Shown piece by piece: positions 1 to 7,243 of a stretch of 64,000 nt of DNA. Position 1 is the stretch's first letter; each line of letters starts with the position of its first letter. The notes under the pieces were generated by a model. It was not told the DNA's origin. It worked only from the letters and a program-made list of their open reading frames with translations, and did no database searches. The position numbers and the translations under genes are program-made. Where the stretch lies: positions 78,963 through 142,962 of the forward strand of contig JAHFBG010000006.1 in assembly GCA_023250155.1 (NCBI GenBank), read 5' to 3'. The DNA is from Candidatus Melainabacteria bacterium. GTDB taxonomy: Bacteria; Cyanobacteriota; Vampirovibrionia; 2-02-FULL-35-15.

Positions 1-369
1 AGAAAACAGGCAGGACCTATACAAACCACAAAAGAACTAGCAAATATAATACTCAAATCTTATCCAAATAATAAATACCATAAAATCCATCCTGCTACTA
101 AAACCTTTCAAGCATTAAGGATTGAGGTTAATAAAGAGTTAGATAATTTAAACAACTTTTTGTGTTTTATTCAGGAACTACTTTTACCATCTGCCCGACT
201 AAGTGTTATATCTTTTCATTCATTAGAGGATAGAATTGCCAAAATCTTTCTGAAAAACAATAAAGATTTTAAAATACTAACAAAAAAACCGATGATTCCA
301 TCGACTGATGAACTAAAGACAAATCCCAGATCCAGAAGTGCAAAACTAAGAATTGCTGAAAAAATTTAA
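1..369 (+). CDS. rsmH: 16S rRNA (cytosine1402-N4)-methyltransferase RsmH, C-terminal part (5-prime end outside window)
   Basis: Frame 1 is open from base 1. Translation contains HPATKTFQALRIEVNKEL, SFHSLEDRIAKIFLK and NPRSRSAKLRIAEKI, typical RsmH/MraW C-terminal motifs. First gene of a dcw-like order. Confidence 0.9.
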   Translation, partial: RKQAGPIQTTKELANIILKSYPNNKYHKIHPATKTFQALRIEVNKELDNLNNFLCFIQELLLPSARLSVISFHSLEDRIAKIFLKNNKDFKILTKKPMIPSTDELKTNPRSRSAKLRIAEKI

Positions 370-370
370 T

Positions 371-862
371 ATGCGTAAATTTAAAAGATTTAATGAAGAA
401 GCTTATACAAACCATCAATTACTAAGCTCGCTAGTGATGAATACTCCTTATACGGTTGATCACCTTACTACATCACCTCAAATTACAAGATTTTTAACAC
501 TTCCACTAGGAATAAAGCTGGAATCAAGTAATTTACTGAGACCTGTTTTTAAGCTTTTATCTACATTGTGTGTTGGTATGACAATGGTTTGTTTGTTTAC
601 AGTAGCAATTAATTTCCCAATTCAAAATCTTAACAATCAACTACTTGGCAATATTAAATCATTAAGCAATCAAAGACTTGGTTTAAAAGTTAAACTACAA
701 GAAACCACAAACTATAAGAAACTAATAGCAAATGCAAATGCTTTATCATTAAGTGATACTGAAAACATTGCTTATTTAAATATTGGACAATCAAAAGAAG
801 TTCAACCAGACAAAAAAATAATCCCACATAAATACCCCACAATATTTTTCAGTGGATTTTAG
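371..862 (+). CDS. FtsL-like cell division protein (hypothetical membrane/coiled-coil protein)
   Basis: Lies between rsmH and a PBP gene. One hydrophobic helix (LSTLCVGMTMVCLFTVAINF) is followed by a leucine-rich coiled stretch. ATG at 371 directly follows the rsmH stop; the ORF track start at 353 is the alternative. Confidence 0.5.
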   Translation: MRKFKRFNEEAYTNHQLLSSLVMNTPYTVDHLTTSPQITRFLTLPLGIKLESSNLLRPVFKLLSTLCVGMTMVCLFTVAINFPIQNLNNQLLGNIKSLSNQRLGLKVKLQETTNYKKLIANANALSLSDTENIAYLNIGQSKEVQPDKKIIPHKYPTIFFSGF

Positions 863-871
863 ATCCCATTA

Positions 872-908
872 TGTCATTGCGAGTCGAATGAAATGAGACG
901 TGGCAATC
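872..908. repeat. Copy of dispersed GC-richer element TGTCATTGCGA...GAATGAAATGA...GCAATC
   Basis: Shares the TGTCATTGCGA head, GAATGAAATGA core and GCAATC tail with copies at 30501-30545, 30898-30929 (inverted) and 62635-62673. Sits in the ftsL-like/PBP intergenic region, which is visibly GC-richer than its surroundings. Confidence 0.7.
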
Positions 909-1018
909 CCCATCGAATTTATGTGAATAGATTGGGACTGCGGGAGTATGCCCCGAGCAGAGTGTGGAGGTCACATGCTATCCTCGATTTGTTAGTATGC
1001 CCAGCTATAATCTAATAA

Positions 1019-2662
1019 ATGTTATTAGGATATAAACATAGATTAACCTTAGTACAAATTGTTTTTGGTTTAATTTTTATTATTATATTTGTTCAACTAT
1101 TTAACATACAAATAATCAAATCAAAGCAAATCATATTAGAAGCAAAAAAACAATTTTATAAACCAGAGATATTCCTTCGAGGTGAAATAAGAGATAGAAA
1201 TGGAAAGTTGTTAGTTCTAGATCTTATTACCTATGATATTTATAATAATGTTACTGATTTAAAAAAGATATCAAATGAAAAAATATTAAGTCTTTCAAAG
1301 ATTTTAAATTGTACAGAAAATGATCTGTTTAAAAAGCTAAATCAAAAAAAAGACACAAGACTTTTCTTGAATATAAGTGAAAAAACAGCCAATCAAATAA
1401 AAAAAATAAAAGCCTCTTTTGTCTATCTTGTGCCAAAAGTTACAAGAGCCTATCCAAACAAAAGACTAGCTTCTCAGATAATAGGATTTGTAAACAATGA
1501 TCATAAAGCCCAACATGGGATTGAATATTACCATGACAATTTACTGACTAAATTAACACAGTCAAAGAACTTCTTTGAGCCATTCCCAAAAGGTACTGAT
1601 ATAGTTCTTACACTTGATTCGATTTTGCAGGAGTATGCAGAGGAAGAATTAAATAAAGCTGTAAAGGAGTCAAAAGCAAATAAAGGTGCAATTATTATTC
1701 TCTCACCTAAGACAGGTGAAATCTATGCATGGGCTGTATATCCTGACTTCAATCCTGCATTGTTTTTTAAAGAAAAATCTTTAAAGAACTGGTCAATCAC
1801 TGATATCTATGAAGCAGGATCAACATTTAAGATAGTTACAGTAGCAAGTGCACTTGAAAATATGGTCATTCAAAAAGACTCTACCTTTTATGACCCTAGT
1901 TTTTTAAAAGTGGGAAAAAGAACAATTAAAAATCATCATAAAAATAAACCACAATACATAACACTGCTCGAATTGTTTAAACAATCTAGCAATGTTGCAA
2001 GTGCTCAGGTAGCATTGTTAATGGATCCTGAGATGTTTTACTCTTCAATAAAAAAGTTTATGATTGGTACAAAAACCAATATAGATCTTCCTGGGGAATC
2101 AAATGGATTATTGCTTGATTATAAAAAATGGCGAACTATAGATCTAGCTACAACTGCATTTGGACAAGGGGCTGTTTCACTTACACCAATTCAACTTGCA
2201 TGTGCAGTTAGCTCTATTGCAAATCATGGACTGTGGGTACAACCGCATTTACTAAAAGGTATTTGGAATCCTAACTATGAAGTGATAGAAAATAGCCCAT
2301 ATAAGCCAGTGGTTCAAGAAGTCGTTTCTAGAGATACAGCGGATTTTGTGTCAGGACTCTTAAAGCAAAGTGTAAAAGAAAATCTAGCAGCTATGGCTTA
2401 TATAGGTGGTAATGTACCTGGTTATGATGTAGCTGGAAAAACTGGTACAGCTCAAAAAATAAGACCAGATGGAAAAGGCTATTGGGGCGGGCATACCGTA
2501 GCATCTTTTATAGGATATTTTCCTGCAGATGATCCTGAGGTGTTGGCTCTTGTAGTGGTAGATGATCCTAAAACAGGTGGTGGCTGGGGAAATACAATCT
2601 GTGGACCAGTCTTTAATAATATTGCTAATATAACTGTTAAAAGAATACTTAAAAACCGATGA
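1019..2662 (+). CDS. ftsI: Penicillin-binding protein, class B transpeptidase (FtsI/PBP2-like)
   Basis: N-terminal TM helix plus the three transpeptidase motifs: STFK (AGSTFK), SSN (KQSSNV) and KTGT (AGKTGTAQ). dcw context. Confidence 0.85.
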   Translation: MLLGYKHRLTLVQIVFGLIFIIIFVQLFNIQIIKSKQIILEAKKQFYKPEIFLRGEIRDRNGKLLVLDLITYDIYNNVTDLKKISNEKILSLSKILNCTENDLFKKLNQKKDTRLFLNISEKTANQIKKIKASFVYLVPKVTRAYPNKRLASQIIGFVNNDHKAQHGIEYYHDNLLTKLTQSKNFFEPFPKGTDIVLTLDSILQEYAEEELNKAVKESKANKGAIIILSPKTGEIYAWAVYPDFNPALFFKEKSLKNWSITDIYEAGSTFKIVTVASALENMVIQKDSTFYDPSFLKVGKRTIKNHHKNKPQYITLLELFKQSSNVASAQVALLMDPEMFYSSIKKFMIGTKTNIDLPGESNGLLLDYKKWRTIDLATTAFGQGAVSLTPIQLACAVSSIANHGLWVQPHLLKGIWNPNYEVIENSPYKPVVQEVVSRDTADFVSGLLKQSVKENLAAMAYIGGNVPGYDVAGKTGTAQKIRPDGKGYWGGHTVASFIGYFPADDPEVLALVVVDDPKTGGGWGNTICGPVFNNIANITVKRILKNR

Positions 2663-3450
2663 GAAATAAAACAAACAATTTAGAGCAAAAAAAAACAAAT
2701 GAGCTTGTGGAATTGTTTTTAAATGAAGAAACTAAAACAATTCAAAGTTTAAAACAACAAAAAAATAATATTACTAAAGCAATTGATTTAATTACAAGAA
2801 AAATTAACTCAGGCGGTAGGGTGGTTTATATAGGTGCAGGAACAAGTGGTCGTTTGGCGGTTTTAGATGCTGTAGAGTGTATACCTACATTTAATTCTAG
2901 ATCTTTTGTGCCAGTACTAGCTGGTGGTAAAAAAGCTATGTTTAAAGCACAAGAAGGTGCTGAGGATGATAAGAAACAAGCTATTAAAGAATTACAAAAA
3001 ATAAAACTTAATGAAAATGACATTCTTGTGGGTGTTTCAGCGAGTGGAGAAACACCCTATACAGTATCGGCCTTAACTTTTGCTAAAAAAAGAAAAATAA
3101 ATATAGTTGCTATAACTTCAAATCCTACTTCGACACTGGCAAAACTGACTAGCTATAAGATAGTGCCACTGATTAAAAATGAAATCATCCAAGGTTCATC
3201 CAGACTAAAGTCAGGTACCGCTCAAAAAATTATTCTAAATATGTTAAGTTCAATCTCTATGATTAAGTTAGGGAAAGTTTATGGAAATCTTATGATAGAT
3301 GTGCGACCTACAAATAAAAAGCTTATAAAAAGAGCCATTGGGATTATCTCTACTATTTGTAACATCTCATTTAACAAAGCTAAGACTTTATTTTCAAAAT
3401 CAAAAAGAAGCATAAGAACAGCTATAGCAATGCATTATAAGAACAATTAA
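2659..3450 (+). CDS. murQ: N-acetylmuramic acid 6-phosphate etherase
   Basis: SIS-domain motifs GGRVVYIGAGTSGRLAVLDAVECIPTF and SASGETPY are typical of MurQ. Overlaps the PBP stop by 4 nt. Confidence 0.8.
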   Translation: MRNKTNNLEQKKTNELVELFLNEETKTIQSLKQQKNNITKAIDLITRKINSGGRVVYIGAGTSGRLAVLDAVECIPTFNSRSFVPVLAGGKKAMFKAQEGAEDDKKQAIKELQKIKLNENDILVGVSASGETPYTVSALTFAKKRKINIVAITSNPTSTLAKLTSYKIVPLIKNEIIQGSSRLKSGTAQKIILNMLSSISMIKLGKVYGNLMIDVRPTNKKLIKRAIGIISTICNISFNKAKTLFSKSKRSIRTAIAMHYKNN

Positions 3451-3474
3451 TACCAATCTGTTGAAATAATCTCA

Positions 3475-3562
3475 TATTTTCCTGCCTTTCCGCAGACAAA
3501 CTTTTCTGGTTGTTTCGCTAAGCTCAACAGCCCAGAAAAGTGTCTGCTGGGCGCGGAAAATG
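3475..3562. repeat. GC-richer long hairpin element (REP-like family 2)
   Basis: Arms CCGCAGACAAACTTTTCTGG and CCAGAAAAGTGTCTGCTGG are near-complementary. The loop CTGGTTGTTTCGCTAAGCTCAACAGCC resembles CTGGTTTCGACAGGCTCAACCAGCC at 22464-22490. Confidence 0.6.
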
Positions 3563-3700
3563 GTAAGTGTTATTGTGTCGATTGGTTTAGTAAGAAAAAA
3601 TGTAACAAATAACAAATAGCCCTAGATGGTTTTTCTTAGCTTGGGAAGATAAGAACTAAGGATTAATCAACAAAGATCTAAACAGGGGTAAATATTTAAG

Positions 3701-3802
3701 ATGTTATTAGCTGGTCAATTATTTCTTGTTGTAGCTTTTTTAGTATTGTTTATCGTTTCACTTTTAATGTCAGATCCAGAGAGCGTGGAGTCTGAGAACT
3801 AA
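3701..3802 (+). CDS. Possible 33-aa hydrophobic peptide (MLLAGQLFLVVAFLVLFIVSLLMSDPESVESEN)
   Basis: ATG-to-TAA ORF below the track cutoff. One TM-like helix plus an acidic tail. Its 3-prime 60 nt recur at 9098-9157. Weak SD (AGGGG). Confidence 0.3.
   Translation: MLLAGQLFLVVAFLVLFIVSLLMSDPESVESEN
3739..3798 (+). repeat. Direct repeat A1 (60 bp, identical to 9098-9157)
   Basis: TTTAGTATTGTTTATCGTTTCACTTTTAATGTCAGATCCAGAGAGCGTGGAGTCTGAGAA is found twice in the same orientation. Confidence 0.9.
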
Positions 3803-3907
3803 TTTTTGCTAAATATAAATAAAATCTAAACTTTTAAAGACTTAATATATTGATGATTTAAGATTAAGACTCAAATTTGTTTTTATTAGGCTATTAAAAA
3901 ATAATTT

Positions 3908-5275
3908 ATGAGAATTCAATTATCACAATCTAAAGCACAAGAGCTTGGGAGAAAAATTAGAGACTTTGGAGTTTCCTATACTCAGCCAAACCAAGAAAAA
4001 GTATTTTCTCATAACTTGGCTCAGGAAGTTGAAAAAACATTCCACCATCAAACATCACAAGATCAAAGAACTGAGTTTGTTGAACCTCTTTGGAAAATTA
4101 TTGGAGGATATTCAGATAATGCAGTAGTTAATCTTAAAAGTGTTTCTACTTTAGAAAGAGTAAGTGGTGAAACCTATCCTATTGTTCCTGCATTCAAAGA
4201 TTCTCCAGATGTAATACTTAAAATAATTTCAAAAAATGGAAAAACAACTATTCCAGAAATCAATTTTGATAAGGGTGGCTTGGCACATAATACTACTGAG
4301 GCTTTAAAGCTATTAGGTATTCTAGCTTATACTCCATCTCTTCTTGGAAATATATCTGATCCAATATCACTTCTTCATAAGCACCTTTTAGATGTAAGTG
4401 GCATTGATACTTCCTTGTCTGTTCGTACAGTAGCAGGAACATACCTCCACACTTGTTTTTATGTAGAGGACAATGGTGAACCAAAAGAATTTTGGATGGC
4501 GCAGGTAAGAGAGCCATTTGAAAAGACTGAAATTAGTGAACTTACAGATTTGATTAAAAAATGTTGTGAAACTAATCCTGGTGAACCTTTAGTACTTGCA
4601 GCAATTCCTCCTGTTGGCACTGACAATAGATATTGGACTCAACAATTGATAGAAGAAATTGCAGAACCAAACAATAACCCAGTTCTTTTTAACCCAAAGC
4701 AATATGACTATTTAGATAACACTAAAACAAGTTTTTTGATTGATTTGTTTTTACAAAAAAAGCTTAATCTCATCAAACCAAATCTAGAAGAGTTTGTACA
4801 ATTTTTAAAATTTGCATATGTTATTAAAGGTAGTGAAGAAGATGAAGTAAGACAAAGACTTTATAAAGATGTAGAAAAAGGTAAATTTAAAAATCTTACT
4901 GAGTTGGGGAAGAAACTTGTTTCAAAACTAGATCCTGATTCTGGAGTACTAGTGATTTCTCTAGGCAAGCATGGTGCTGTAATCATAAATAAAAAATATG
5001 CACTATATTCTAAAGCCCCTGAAATTGGTAAAGGTGGGTGTCCGTCTGGAGCAGGAGATAGTGGTATTGCTTCAATTATTGCTGAGGCTAGAGATTTGAT
5101 AAAAGGAAAAATAAATTTTAAAAGCAAATTAAATGATGCAGATCTAAACAGGCTTTTATTGGCATTTATATATGCTGCATCTGCTACAGCAAGCCTACCA
5201 GGAAATAAAATAGCTGGACCCCATGAAATAAATGCTTTAAAGCAGCAAGAATTAAAGACAAGACTTATAAAATAA
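3908..5275 (+). CDS. Divergent PfkB-family (1-phosphofructokinase/ribokinase-fold) kinase-like protein with long N-terminal extension
   Basis: GGLAHNTTEALKLLG resembles the PfkB N-terminal GG motif. LIKPNLEEF, VLVISLGKHGAVI and SGAGDSGIASII resemble the PfkB C-terminal GAGD signature. The roughly 120-aa N-terminus is unassigned. Confidence 0.5.
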   Translation: MRIQLSQSKAQELGRKIRDFGVSYTQPNQEKVFSHNLAQEVEKTFHHQTSQDQRTEFVEPLWKIIGGYSDNAVVNLKSVSTLERVSGETYPIVPAFKDSPDVILKIISKNGKTTIPEINFDKGGLAHNTTEALKLLGILAYTPSLLGNISDPISLLHKHLLDVSGIDTSLSVRTVAGTYLHTCFYVEDNGEPKEFWMAQVREPFEKTEISELTDLIKKCCETNPGEPLVLAAIPPVGTDNRYWTQQLIEEIAEPNNNPVLFNPKQYDYLDNTKTSFLIDLFLQKKLNLIKPNLEEFVQFLKFAYVIKGSEEDEVRQRLYKDVEKGKFKNLTELGKKLVSKLDPDSGVLVISLGKHGAVIINKKYALYSKAPEIGKGGCPSGAGDSGIASIIAEARDLIKGKINFKSKLNDADLNRLLLAFIYAASATASLPGNKIAGPHEINALKQQELKTRLIK

Positions 5276-5290
5276 TCAGGAAAGAGAAAT

Positions 5291-5800
5291 ATGGGCATTG
5301 GAAGAATTGATAATAATCGTGATGGATTTCAACCAACTATAAAATTTTACCTACAAAACAAAAGAGCTGCAGAACTTAGAGGGTTATGCATTAATATAAT
5401 TAAGCATGTTAGATCGCTGATCACAGATGAAGGACTTGAGCAAGCAGATAAAAATATAATTAAATCTCAACTAGAAGATCTCTATGAAAAATTAAGTGAA
5501 TTAGGTATAAGTCCTAAGATGTCTATGAATAGACCAGTAAATGAATATCGTAACAATCCAGTAACAGCTGCTGAATATCTTGCTGGTCAGTTAATTTGTT
5601 TAAGAAATATAAAAATCAGATCTGAAGCAGAGCTTGAACCTATTGCAAGAGAGTTTAGCGAAGGAAAAGTACATAGTGATGAAGATTATAATCGTTATGT
5701 TTTAGAAAATAGTACTTTACCTCAGGCAATTAAAGATTTTGCTTCTGTTACAAGTACACTTAATTTTGTAGAAGGGTTATTTAATGGGGATAGAGAGTGA
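5291..5800 (+). CDS. Hypothetical protein
   Basis: 169-aa ORF co-directional with and tightly spaced after the PfkB-like gene. No motif recognised. Confidence 0.5.
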   Translation: MGIGRIDNNRDGFQPTIKFYLQNKRAAELRGLCINIIKHVRSLITDEGLEQADKNIIKSQLEDLYEKLSELGISPKMSMNRPVNEYRNNPVTAAEYLAGQLICLRNIKIRSEAELEPIAREFSEGKVHSDEDYNRYVLENSTLPQAIKDFASVTSTLNFVEGLFNGDRE

Positions 5801-5841
5801 ATGTTATTAGAAAAGAAATTAGATAATAAAAGGAGGAATTT

Positions 5842-6210
5842 ATGAAAATAAGTGAATCTACAGGATTAAATCTCAACCGTAGAGACTTTTTTAAAAAAGC
5901 TGGATTAGCTGTACTTGGTTTAGGTATTGCTGAAAATATAGCAAAAGCAGACAAAGCAGGTGGTGGAGTACCAGATAGACCACTGTCTAGAGCTGATAGA
6001 TTGAGGAAAGAAAGAGACGATAGAGAAGAAGACATGAGACGATGGAGATCTTTTTCTGAAGATGATATTAGAAAAATGCGAAATGCCTATGCTGATGACA
6101 TAGCAAGAGCAGAAACCCAATCAACAGTAAGTCCTGAAAAAGTCATTGTAGGTGTTGGTACAGCTGTAGCAATAGCAGCAGCAGTTTGGTACTCTTGCAT
6201 TGAAACATAA
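5842..6210 (+). CDS. Hypothetical small protein with twin-arginine signal and C-terminal TM anchor
   Basis: NRRDFFKKAGLAVLGLG is a canonical Tat motif. C-terminal VIVGVGTAVAIAAAVWY is a TM helix. Charged Arg/Asp/Glu-rich middle. SD AAGGAGGAA upstream. Confidence 0.6.
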   Translation: MKISESTGLNLNRRDFFKKAGLAVLGLGIAENIAKADKAGGGVPDRPLSRADRLRKERDDREEDMRRWRSFSEDDIRKMRNAYADDIARAETQSTVSPEKVIVGVGTAVAIAAAVWYSCIET

Positions 6211-6289
6211 ATCTAAACCAAGTCAAAATCAAGATGCTAAAAAATAGTTCTTAAATGGTTTATTAAAGGAGATTATAAGTTAAGAAACC

Positions 6290-6350
6290 AAAACAACCAA
6301 ATCTTTTTCAATTAGCTTTTGAAAAACCTTGGGTCGCAAAGGACTTGAAG
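6290..6350 (-). pseudogene. Scar: 3-prime fragment of an MNT-type nucleotidyltransferase gene fused to a tRNA-3-prime-like fragment
   Basis: 6290-6324 is identical to 9168-9202, the 3-prime end of the MNT gene (the reverse strand reads FQKLIEKDLVVL). The following TTGGGTCGCAAAGGACTTGAAGC resembles the 3-prime halves of the tRNAs at 9855 and 10096. Confidence 0.6.
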
Positions 6351-6444
6351 CAATATAAAATATTTGCAATAGAGCTATCCTTATATTTATACATCTTAAT
6401 ATGTGTATAATATATGTGTAGTAAGATTGTGTTGAGGGAAATGT

Positions 6445-6654
6445 ATGAGCAAGGTTAGAAAAAACTTTTCAATATCAGAACAATCAGCCAAATATCTAAA
6501 ATTGGTTGACAATGAGTCAGATTTTGTCGATAAACTAATTAAGCAAGCTATGTTTGAAAATGCTGCTACAAGTATGGCCAAAGACTCTGATTATTTAAAA
6601 GAATTTAAAGAGTGGGATTCTTTTTTGAAGGATGGTTTAGAGGACAATGGCTAA
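6445..6654 (+). CDS. Putative antitoxin of the MazF/PemK-like toxin
   Basis: 69-aa ORF overlapping the downstream PemK-like gene by 8 nt, the classic TA layout. No confident fold assignment. Confidence 0.6.
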   Translation: MSKVRKNFSISEQSAKYLKLVDNESDFVDKLIKQAMFENAATSMAKDSDYLKEFKEWDSFLKDGLEDNG

Positions 6655-7015
6655 ATCATTTTCTTTTTATAGACCAAGAAGAAATGAGATTTGGATTGTT
6701 GAACTAGATCCAACTCGTGGACATGAAATACAAAAAACAAGATATTGTTTAGTGATTCAGTCTGATGTACTAAATAAGCGTTTACCAACTTTTATTGTTG
6801 CACCAATCACGTCAAAAATTAGAGAAGAATGGCATCCCATAGGTATTATCTTAAAAAAAGGAGAGGGTGGATTAACTAAAGAATCTCAAGTCATGCTTAA
6901 TCAAATTAAAGTAGCAGATATAACAAGGTTTAAAAGAAAAATAGGAAGACTTAGTGAAACCATCATGAAACAAATTAACGAGTCTTTGAATTTTGTATTA
7001 AGTTTGGAATCATAA
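6647..7015 (+). CDS. mazF: Type II toxin, MazF/PemK family endoribonuclease
   Basis: IWIVELDPTRGHEIQKTRYCLVIQSD and FIVAPITS match conserved PemK/MazF motifs. 122 aa. Confidence 0.85.
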   Translation: MAKSFSFYRPRRNEIWIVELDPTRGHEIQKTRYCLVIQSDVLNKRLPTFIVAPITSKIREEWHPIGIILKKGEGGLTKESQVMLNQIKVADITRFKRKIGRLSETIMKQINESLNFVLSLES

Positions 7016-7243
7016 TTTTCTATACTAAGAACTTATACAAAACATCAAGCAGTTTATCTCTAAAGAATGCTCTAAACTATGCTATAAGAATGAATCTTAG
7101 GAAATACTTTGGGTAGTACTAAAGTACTAGATAATTATTGAATTCGCAATCGAGATCTTTTTTAACGATTAAGAGACTTAAATCTGTTATTCTTCAAAGA
7201 AGATATTTAAGAAAAATAAAAATTAGTATAAAGGAGAAATGAA

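Noticed and set aside
2384-2698. Antisense or shadow ORFs within well-supported genes. Examples: 2384-2698, 2826-3023, 4293-4517, 4861-5298, 5781-6035, 5920-6120, 6396-6581, 7693-7896, 11096-11521, 12296-12679, 13160-13393, 14257-14538, 14923-15105, 18466-18708, 18932-19156, 19858-20097, 21002-21352, 21695-21889, 24513-24734, 29906-30166, 31258-31689, 34296-34508, 40751-40942, 41862-42053, 44360-44563, 45378-45641, 46751-47068, 49037-49255, 50417-50614, 51362-51607, 53210-53416, 54117-54335, 55067-55384, 56363-56662, 58755-59117 and 61056-61253. Same-strand alternate-frame ORFs 3945-4127, 15568-15756 and 57097-57300 belong here too.
   Set aside because: Each overlaps a longer ORF with recognisable motifs or a better SD/start context. 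In AT-rich DNA, stop-poor antisense or alternate frames of this length are expected by chance in coding regions.
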